From Prevotella sp. (GTDB lineage Bacteria; Bacteroidota; Bacteroidia; Bacteroidales; Dysgonomonadaceae): DNA of 64,000 nucleotides. Positions 19,204 to 26,951 of this stretch are shown here, in pieces; the stretch's first letter is position 1; every line of letters begins with the position of its first letter. The notes under the pieces were generated by a model. That model made no database searches. It saw only the letters and a list, made by a program, of their open reading frames with translations, and had not been told where the DNA came from. Made by a program: the position numbers and the translations under genes. The DNA lies in the NCBI GenBank assembly GCA_031285625.1, contig JAITVV010000073.1, positions 32,001 through 96,000 on the forward strand, written 5' to 3'.

Positions 19204-21516
19204 ATGAAACAGTTTGAAACTATTTTATTTTTCTTTCTTATTATCTCTATTTATATAAATGGACAGAATGATATCTCAGGAAGAATTACAGAACAAAAGG
19301 GAAATCAACCTTTAGAATTTGCTACTATTGTACTGAATACACAAGATTCAACATTCGTTACAGGAACTACCTGCGACCAGAATGGTAAGTTTAAATTAAA
19401 AAACATTCCTTCAGGAAATTATAGCATTGTAGCTACTTTCTTAGGGTACATACCCAAAAAGGTTATGATAAACAGTCTATCGGGCTCTATCGATTTAGGG
19501 GATATCTCCCTAAATGAAGCAACAAACCTGCTGAATGAAGTTGCCGTTACGGCTTCTGCTACGACAAATAAGGTAGACAGGCTGGTGGTATTTGTCACAG
19601 ACCAACAAAAAGCTCATTCCAGCGATGGCATAAATCTTCTGGCAACGATGCAACTTCCCCGTCTGTCGGTCAATTCACTGATGGGTAGCCTCTCTTTACC
19701 CGGCGAAGGAAAACTTCAACTTTGTATTAATGGAATAAAAGTAGATGAGAATGATATTAAAGCTTTGAAACCGGACGAAGTTATCCGTATCGAATATATT
19801 GATAATCCCGGCGTTCGGTATGGAGATTCAGATGTGGTAATTAATTATATTCTGAAACGTGCTGTTACGGGCGGGATGGTTGGAATTAACCTGATGAATG
19901 CCGTAACCTCCCTATTCGGTAATGAGCAGGTAACCTTCAAGATGAACCATAAGAAATCTGAATTTGGTTTTATCTATACTGGCAGATTCAGAGAGATGGA
20001 TAAGGTCTGGAATGACAAAATAAGCCACTTTAAATTTCAGGATAAAGGAGAATTAATACGCTTTGATGATGGAGTCCCTGGAAAGTGGAAAGAGAATGCA
20101 CATCATTTTACTTTAAACTATAATTTTCTGGATGAAAAGAATTACTTCAATGCTACATTCAGACATGGTATAACAGATATGGACAAAATGACTTATACTA
20201 ATCAGCATACATCACTAGATCCTTCGAGGATCACATCAGTACATCAGGGTGCCAATACCTTACAGCATCTTCCTTCAATAGATTTATATTATTCGCATTC
20301 GTTTGGCAATAAACAAACCTTAATTCTGAATGGAGTAGGTACCTATATTAATTCCGATATCAATCAGATATATGAAGAAACAAAAGATGGAAATTTAATT
20401 ACAGATATCATATCTGATGTAGAAGGAAAGAAATATTCGATAATAGGTGAAGGTATTTATGAAAAAACATTCGAAAATAATAATCGCTTTACGGCAGGGA
20501 TAAAACATACACAAGCATTTGCTAACAACAGATATGAAGGTACTGTAAACAGCTTATCCAAGATGGATCAGAGTGAGAGCTATGCATATATTGAATATAC
20601 AGGAAGAAAGAATAAACTTAGCTATATGGGAGGTGTCGGTGTATCACGTTCATGGACAAAACAGCAAGGAGAGAAATCCCACACAGATTATATATTCAGG
20701 CCCAAGATAACTCTTCAATATAACTTTAAACCTGAACTGTTCTTAAGATTAAAGGGTGAAATATACAATACCACCCCTTCATTAGCTAACCTCAGTGCAG
20801 TTGATCAGTATATCGATACCTTACGTGTTACAAGAGGAAATCCAAATCTCAAAACAACGATGAATTATCGTGCAGGACTAACATTCAGCTGGGAGAAAAG
20901 CTTGTTTGGAATATACTATGATGCCTCATACCTATACACTCCGGACGCTATTATAGAAGAAATATTCAGGGAGGGAGATTTTTTCATTAATACCTATGAT
21001 AATCAGGAAAGCTGGCAAAAACTGAATAATGAATTAACTCTAAAACTAAAACCGGTAAAAAACATGCTTATGTTGTCTCTAACAGGTGGTGTAAATCGCT
21101 ATTGGAGCCGGGGGAACAACTACAATCATAATCATACCAATTATTATTACCGTGCATCAATAACATTTATGTATAAAAAATTTATGGCATACTTCTCTGC
21201 AAACAATGCTTACAATAACCTGTGGGGAGAGACCCTTTCAGGCGGAGAAACCGTCCAACAATCAGGTATAATGTATAATCATGGAAAATTCGCAATAGGA
21301 GCCGGAATAATGTCTCCTTTTTCCGGAAAATACAAGCGTGAAACCGAAAACTTTAATATTTATTCACCATATAAGTCCAATGCTTATATAAATAATCTTT
21401 CCCGTATGATAATGATAACATTCTCATGGAATTTCGATTTCGGACGTAAGGCTAAAAGTGGAAACAAACGAATTAATAATTCGGATAGTGATACGGGTAT
21501 TATGCATATGAATTAG
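19204..21516 (+). CDS. TonB-dependent receptor-like outer membrane beta-barrel protein
   Basis: Signal peptide, carboxypeptidase-regulatory-like domain, plug (VIRIEYIDNPGVRYG), barrel with GNPNLK; -7 box TAATTTTG at 19153-19160. Confidence 0.88.
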   Translation: MKQFETILFFFLIISIYINGQNDISGRITEQKGNQPLEFATIVLNTQDSTFVTGTTCDQNGKFKLKNIPSGNYSIVATFLGYIPKKVMINSLSGSIDLGDISLNEATNLLNEVAVTASATTNKVDRLVVFVTDQQKAHSSDGINLLATMQLPRLSVNSLMGSLSLPGEGKLQLCINGIKVDENDIKALKPDEVIRIEYIDNPGVRYGDSDVVINYILKRAVTGGMVGINLMNAVTSLFGNEQVTFKMNHKKSEFGFIYTGRFREMDKVWNDKISHFKFQDKGELIRFDDGVPGKWKENAHHFTLNYNFLDEKNYFNATFRHGITDMDKMTYTNQHTSLDPSRITSVHQGANTLQHLPSIDLYYSHSFGNKQTLILNGVGTYINSDINQIYEETKDGNLITDIISDVEGKKYSIIGEGIYEKTFENNNRFTAGIKHTQAFANNRYEGTVNSLSKMDQSESYAYIEYTGRKNKLSYMGGVGVSRSWTKQQGEKSHTDYIFRPKITLQYNFKPELFLRLKGEIYNTTPSLANLSAVDQYIDTLRVTRGNPNLKTTMNYRAGLTFSWEKSLFGIYYDASYLYTPDAIIEEIFREGDFFINTYDNQESWQKLNNELTLKLKPVKNMLMLSLTGGVNRYWSRGNNYNHNHTNYYYRASITFMYKKFMAYFSANNAYNNLWGETLSGGETVQQSGIMYNHGKFAIGAGIMSPFSGKYKRETENFNIYSPYKSNAYINNLSRMIMITFSWNFDFGRKAKSGNKRINNSDSDTGIMHMN

Positions 21517-21701
21517 AATATCGGGACAAGTCAGGGATACTAAACAAGTTTCATGCGATTATATTTGATTATTCCCTGACTGTCCTTGATTATATAAATC
21601 CTCCAGTTGCTTATGAGATACCCAGATTTTTTTCAAAACGAAACTCTTAAATAAAAAATACCCTGATCATATAGATTTGGGACATTTTTATAAATCAACC
21701 A

Positions 21702-21717
21702 TTCGTATAGTTGCGAA
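21702..21717 (+). promoter_or_regulatory. Candidate ArsR operator (TTCG-N8-CGAA)
   Basis: TTCGTATAGTTGCGAA imperfect palindrome 17 bp upstream of the ArsR remnant ATG. Confidence 0.55.
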
Positions 21718-21734
21718 CTATAAATATTAATCAT

Positions 21735-21821
21735 ATGTCAAAGAAAGAACTTACAGCTGAGCAGGAGCAACTAGCGCGCTTCGCCAAAGCATTAGGGCAT
21801 CCTATTCGTATAAAGTATTAG
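21735..21821 (+). pseudogene. Truncated ArsR/SmtB-family regulator (28 codons)
   Basis: MSKKELTAEQEQLARFAKALGHPIRIKY*: the classic ArsR helix-1 motif (FAKALGHPxR), ending 5 bp from the convergent gene. Not in the ORF track. Confidence 0.8.
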
Positions 21822-21826
21822 GATAA

Positions 21827-22882
21827 TTAATACAAATATTTTTGTTTCATTTTTTGTATATCAACATATAGAACCTTCGTTAGATAATTTTCTATTGAAC
21901 CATGATCCTCTTTTATACGGTCTAAGCCAGCTTGTAAAAATTCAGTTTTCACTTCAAATAAAGACTTTAACGCAGGGCTTTCATCCTTACACTTAGCATA
22001 TTTATCAGCCAGATAAATATTAGATAATAGATAATCGTTCAATATTGTTCTTTCATCAACGCCCAGAGCTGATAAAATAAGAGCAGCGGCCATACCGGTC
22101 CTGTCTTTTCCGGCAGAACAATGAAACATTAAAGGCGTATCCGTATCATTTTGTAATAATTGAAAGAGATTTCTATATTGCTGGACACAAGCAGAATCTG
22201 TAACCAAAAGTATATTCATTCCTATCATAAGAGTATCTGCTTGATTTGCTGTAAGCTTAGCCAGATCATCCAGAGAAGATGCTGCTGCCATCAGATTGCC
22301 GGGACTAATGGAATAAGAATAATTTGTTTTTACTGATGATGGATTTTTATCCGGAGCCTGGCTCATCTCTTCTTTAGATCTGAAATCAACTATAGATATT
22401 AAAGGTATGGAAGCGAGGTAATCAAGATCAGCTTCTGTAAGATTATGTAAATCATCAGAACGGAATATCTTTCCCCATTTTACATATTTGTTATCCGATG
22501 TCTTATAGCCACCTAAATCTCTAAAGTTATAACCGCCTGTCATAGGCAAATGCTGTTCGGATAGTATGGCAGTACCTCTTTGTGACACCAATTCGAAGTA
22601 ACTCCTTACAGAATCGGATATATCTAAAGGGAAAGTACCGGGTTCAGAGCCTGAAGCAATTGGCCTTGAGAAATCAATGTTATCAACAGAGGAGCCTTCG
22701 TAAAGCGCCCACTCTCCTTTTATTTGAATTTGTAAAGAAGCAACCTTACTTGTCTTATCTCTTATAATTTTAGCGTCTTTTGATATATCTTCTCCAGTAT
22801 ACCCCGCTTTTAAATTACTTTGTTTTCCACACGATACCAGAAATACAGTTGCTACAGTCATATATATAAATATTTTATTCAT
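21827..22882 (-). CDS. Protein tyrosine/serine phosphatase family lipoprotein (IphP / Y_phosphatase3-like)
   Basis: Lipobox LVSC; NFRDLGGY; IVDFRS; P-loop HCSAGKDRTG; DYLLSN. Confidence 0.93.
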   Translation of the reverse strand: MNKIFIYMTVATVFLVSCGKQSNLKAGYTGEDISKDAKIIRDKTSKVASLQIQIKGEWALYEGSSVDNIDFSRPIASGSEPGTFPLDISDSVRSYFELVSQRGTAILSEQHLPMTGGYNFRDLGGYKTSDNKYVKWGKIFRSDDLHNLTEADLDYLASIPLISIVDFRSKEEMSQAPDKNPSSVKTNYSYSISPGNLMAAASSLDDLAKLTANQADTLMIGMNILLVTDSACVQQYRNLFQLLQNDTDTPLMFHCSAGKDRTGMAAALILSALGVDERTILNDYLLSNIYLADKYAKCKDESPALKSLFEVKTEFLQAGLDRIKEDHGSIENYLTKVLYVDIQKMKQKYLY

Positions 22883-23101
22883 CTTATCTTCGGTCTAATA
22901 ATCTTCGCAAGTTAGTTAAAAAATAAGTATCTGGGAATAAGAAAAAATTAATTAAACATAAGAAATCCTTTTATCTATAAGAAACAAATAAAATAAGACA
23001 CCTCTCATCCAATGTAATGGAATGTTAAAAATCCATTCGGAATTAAACCCCCAATCAATATTTCTATCTAAGAATTATAAAACGTTTAAAACATAGAGGT
23101 T

Positions 23102-23896
23102 ATGAAAAGATTATTATTATCATTAGCAATATTAGCATGTATATCCTTTACAGCATCAATAAATGCGCAAGAAGGTAGAAGAGGAGGCAAGCGAGGCTTT
23201 ACCCTACCCCAAGAGTTGAATTTGACTGCAGACCAACAACAGAAGGTAGAATCTGTAAATACCGATTTCAAAGCAAAGATGACTGAATTGAGAAGTAAAT
23301 CAGATCTTTCAAGAGAAGACAGACGTTCTAAAATGAAAGAATTAAGAAAAGAGCACCGTGACGCCATTAACAATATACTTACTCCCGAACAGCAAACTAA
23401 GCTAAAGGAGTTGCAAAGCCAAAGGGAAAAAGAAATGAGTATGCGTAATAAGAAACATGGCAAACAAATGAATAAACAAGGCAACTCTATGAAGGATCTT
23501 AACCTTACAGATAAACAAAAACAGGAAATAAAGACTATAAATGAAGACTATAGAGCTAAAACCAAAGAGCTTGCACAAAAACACCGAGAAACATTAAACA
23601 GCATCTATACTCCGGAACAACAGGCAAAATTGAAAGATATGCGGAAAGACAATACAAACCGTAGATTCGCCAATAATGAACGAAGAATAAAACTTGATGA
23701 TGCCAGTGCTGCTAAATTGAAATCACTTAAAGAAAATTATGATAAAGAAAAAAAAGCTATTGAATTAAGTCGCATAGCTCCGGATGCACAAAAACAGAAG
23801 TTATCTGATTTGCGGGAGAACTTCAGAAAGGAAAAACACCAGATAATGAATGAAGCACGCAAAACAAATAAAACAAAAGAAAATAAACCGGCTTAA
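23102..23896 (+). CDS. Periplasmic Spy/CpxP-like (LTxxQ repeat) protein
   Basis: Signal peptide INA-Q; LNLTADQQ, ILTPEQQ, LNLTDKQ, IYTPEQQ motifs; very basic and helical. Confidence 0.8.
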   Translation: MKRLLLSLAILACISFTASINAQEGRRGGKRGFTLPQELNLTADQQQKVESVNTDFKAKMTELRSKSDLSREDRRSKMKELRKEHRDAINNILTPEQQTKLKELQSQREKEMSMRNKKHGKQMNKQGNSMKDLNLTDKQKQEIKTINEDYRAKTKELAQKHRETLNSIYTPEQQAKLKDMRKDNTNRRFANNERRIKLDDASAAKLKSLKENYDKEKKAIELSRIAPDAQKQKLSDLRENFRKEKHQIMNEARKTNKTKENKPA

Positions 23897-23917
23897 CACG
23901 TCTACATAAATTTCGGT

Positions 23918-23955
23918 GAAGGACTATCAAAATACTTTGATAGTCTTTCTTTTTT
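23918..23955 (+). terminator. Rho-independent terminator
   Basis: GAAGGACTATCAAA...TTTGATAGTCTTTC followed by a T tract. Confidence 0.8.
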
Positions 23956-24019
23956 ACAAGACCCGTTCCATCATTTTTTGCTACTTTTGTACTTTTCAAC
24001 CAATTATTATAATCGTCAG

Positions 24020-26908
24020 ATGATTCCTTTCCTGCAGAATGTAGCCCAGGCATACTATAAAGCTTACGGACAAAAGATAAGCCGCTATACCTTTGTATTC
24101 CCTAACCGCAGGGCGGGACTATTCTTCCAATATTATATATCACAAATAGCAGGGAAACCTATTTTCTCGCCTGAGATATTAACGATAAGTGACCTTTTCC
24201 AAAATCTTAGTGTATATAAAAAGGCAGACAGGATAGAGATGCTTTTTATGTTATATGATATCTATAAGCAGATAAGCGGGTCTGCCGAGACATTTGACGA
24301 ATTCCTCTATTGGGGAGAAATGCTACTCAACGATTTTGACGATGTAGATAAATATATAGTTGATGCGCAGCAGCTTTTTCGTAATATACATGACCTGAAA
24401 GAAATTGATGCAGGCTTTGATTATTTAAGTGAAAGTCAGATAGAAGCAATTCGTCGCTTCTGGTCTAACTTTCTGCCAGTAGGAGAAAACGATAAGAAGA
24501 AAGACTTTCTGGAAATGTGGGAAGTCCTTTTCCAGCTATATACACAACTACACAAACAGTTACAAAAAAAAGGTCTGGCATATGAAGGTATGATCTTCCG
24601 TGATGTCATAGAAAGAGTTTCAAAAGATATAGACTATGATCTACCCTTTGAGAAAATTGTCTTTATAGGACTAAACGGACATAGTAAATCTGAAGAAACA
24701 CTCCTTCGCTATCTGCAAAAAAGAGGAATAGCTGATTTTTACTGGGACTATTCATCTCCATTAGTACGTGATCCCCAAAATAAAGCATCATTCTTTATGG
24801 ATAGAAACAAGATGCTCTTCCCATCACAATTGACATTGCAGGCAGAGGAACTAAATATGGAACTTCCAATAGTAGAGGCAATTGGGATACCATCTGCTAT
24901 AGGGCAGGCAAAATATGTACATACAATCATAAAATCATTACTAAAGGATAAACACATCACTCCCGATAAGGCTATGAGTACGGCATTGGTCTTACCCGAC
25001 GAAAATCTATTGTTACCGACATTATATTCTATCCCTGAAGAAATTAATAAGATCAATATAACAATGGGATATAATTTAAATAATAGTTCCATCTCAGGAT
25101 TGATGGAACATATATTTGAATTACAGCGAAGTATACGTAAATCTGAGAATTATTTCGGATTCTATTATAAACCTGTATTAGCTATACTCAACCACAGATA
25201 TATAACTAATATAGCTCATGATGAAGCTAAGCAGTTAAGACAAGATATTCTTCAATATAATAAAGTCATAGTATCGGCTAATGATTTACAAACCCATCCC
25301 CTACTCTACCTTATATTCAAATCATTAACAGGCTGGACAGATATTCCTGATTATCTGAGAAAAATACTGTCAACTTTAAAAATCTCATTATCAGTAAAAG
25401 GAAGTGAAGATAAAGATAATGAGGATATAAATGCCCGATCGATAGATATAGAGGGGGAATTCATTGTGGAGTACTACAAGACTGTAAATAAAATGGATGA
25501 AGCATTAAAAAATGTTTCTCCCGAAATGTCTATAGAAACATATTTCAAGTTATTGAAAAAGCTCATAGTGGGGATAAGCGTTCCGTTTACAGGCGAACCC
25601 CTTTCGGGCCTGCAAATAATGGGGGTACTCGAAACCCGTGCTCTTGACTTCGACAATCTGATTATCCTTTCTATGAATGAGGGAATATTCCCGCTAAAGA
25701 AGGCAGCCAGTTCGTTCATCCCTTATAATTTGCGTAAAGGCTTTGATCTCCCGACATATGAACATCAGGATAGTATTTTTGCTTACCATTTCTACCGGAT
25801 GATAAACCGTGCAAAACATATCTATCTACTCTATGACACACGTACTGAAGGCTTGCAAACAGGGGAGGTTAGTCGCTATTTCAGTCAGTTGAAACACCTG
25901 TATAACAATTCATTTGATATTCGGGAAAAACTGACTACATATAAAGTTTCAGCGACGAAAAGTGTTGATATCTCGGTTAGGAAAACCCCACAGATAATGG
26001 AAAAGATGAATGTATTCCTGCAAGGTGGCGACAAGCGATTATCAGCCAGTGCAATCAATACATATCTGAATTGTCCCCTGCAATTCTATTTCTCAGTAGT
26101 AGAGAATATGGCTGAAGAAGATGAAATAGCGGAAACGGTAGAAGCCAGTATGTTCGGTACGATTTTCCACTCTATAATGGAATGGCTGTATGAACCCTTC
26201 AAAGGGAAAATGATAACAGCAGACTTGTTGCATAAGTTAAGAGCGGATGATAATCTTTTAACCGAAAAGATAGAACGGTCATTTGCCGAGAATTATTTTC
26301 AAAGTGAAAAGATCAGGAAGCTGACAGGACAAAACTTCCTGACAGGAGAAGTACTGCGTAAATATATAAAACAAGTATTAACCACGGATGCAAAGCTAAC
26401 ACCATTTATATACCTGGACTCCGAAGAGAGAATAAAAGTAGACTATCCACTCCCTTCCGGAAAAGTAGTATCACTTAAAGGTATTATTGACCGTGTGGAC
26501 GAAGTAAAAGGACATACACGCATTATAGACTATAAGACAGGAAAAGGTATATTGCGGTACAGGGAGATGAAGGATTTGTTTGATAAAGAACTCAAAGACA
26601 GACCTAAAGCTGTTATGCAGGTATTTATGTACTCACACCTTTATCTGATAGAATACCCCGATAATATACTTGAACCAGGCATATACTATCTGCGTAACCT
26701 ATTCGATCCGAAATTTGAACCGGGAGTTATTCATAAATCAGGAAGAAGTGAATACCCAATAAAGGATTTCGCCGAATACAGAACCGAATTTAAAGAGAAT
26801 TTCGATTCATGCCTTGAGGAAATATTCGACCCTAATGTACCTTTCTCCCAAACTCCAACAGGAGAAGCATGCAGATGGTGCATATTTACCAATATATGTA
26901 AGAAATAA
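24020..26908 (+). CDS. addB: AddB/RexB-like protein: inactive helicase fold plus PD-(D/E)XK nuclease
   Basis: FVFPNRRAGLFF; QIMGVLETR; LSASAINTYLNCP; GIIDRVD..IIDYKTG; C-terminal CRWC...C iron-staple cysteines. ATG 24020 preferred because the -7 box TACTTTTG lies at 23982-23989. Confidence 0.78.
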   Translation: MIPFLQNVAQAYYKAYGQKISRYTFVFPNRRAGLFFQYYISQIAGKPIFSPEILTISDLFQNLSVYKKADRIEMLFMLYDIYKQISGSAETFDEFLYWGEMLLNDFDDVDKYIVDAQQLFRNIHDLKEIDAGFDYLSESQIEAIRRFWSNFLPVGENDKKKDFLEMWEVLFQLYTQLHKQLQKKGLAYEGMIFRDVIERVSKDIDYDLPFEKIVFIGLNGHSKSEETLLRYLQKRGIADFYWDYSSPLVRDPQNKASFFMDRNKMLFPSQLTLQAEELNMELPIVEAIGIPSAIGQAKYVHTIIKSLLKDKHITPDKAMSTALVLPDENLLLPTLYSIPEEINKINITMGYNLNNSSISGLMEHIFELQRSIRKSENYFGFYYKPVLAILNHRYITNIAHDEAKQLRQDILQYNKVIVSANDLQTHPLLYLIFKSLTGWTDIPDYLRKILSTLKISLSVKGSEDKDNEDINARSIDIEGEFIVEYYKTVNKMDEALKNVSPEMSIETYFKLLKKLIVGISVPFTGEPLSGLQIMGVLETRALDFDNLIILSMNEGIFPLKKAASSFIPYNLRKGFDLPTYEHQDSIFAYHFYRMINRAKHIYLLYDTRTEGLQTGEVSRYFSQLKHLYNNSFDIREKLTTYKVSATKSVDISVRKTPQIMEKMNVFLQGGDKRLSASAINTYLNCPLQFYFSVVENMAEEDEIAETVEASMFGTIFHSIMEWLYEPFKGKMITADLLHKLRADDNLLTEKIERSFAENYFQSEKIRKLTGQNFLTGEVLRKYIKQVLTTDAKLTPFIYLDSEERIKVDYPLPSGKVVSLKGIIDRVDEVKGHTRIIDYKTGKGILRYREMKDLFDKELKDRPKAVMQVFMYSHLYLIEYPDNILEPGIYYLRNLFDPKFEPGVIHKSGRSEYPIKDFAEYRTEFKENFDSCLEEIFDPNVPFSQTPTGEACRWCIFTNICKK

Positions 26909-26932
26909 AAGCCATTGAAAATCAATGGCTTT
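26908..26932. terminator. Bidirectional terminator
   Basis: AAAGCCATTGA-AAA-TCAATGGCTTT between convergent genes. Confidence 0.75.
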
Positions 26933-26951
26933 ATATACATTAACTATCAGG

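Noticed and set aside
24020-26908. Cas4-like or defence nuclease
   Set aside because: Its length and N-terminal helicase-like region match the housekeeping AddB type, and there is no cas or defence context.
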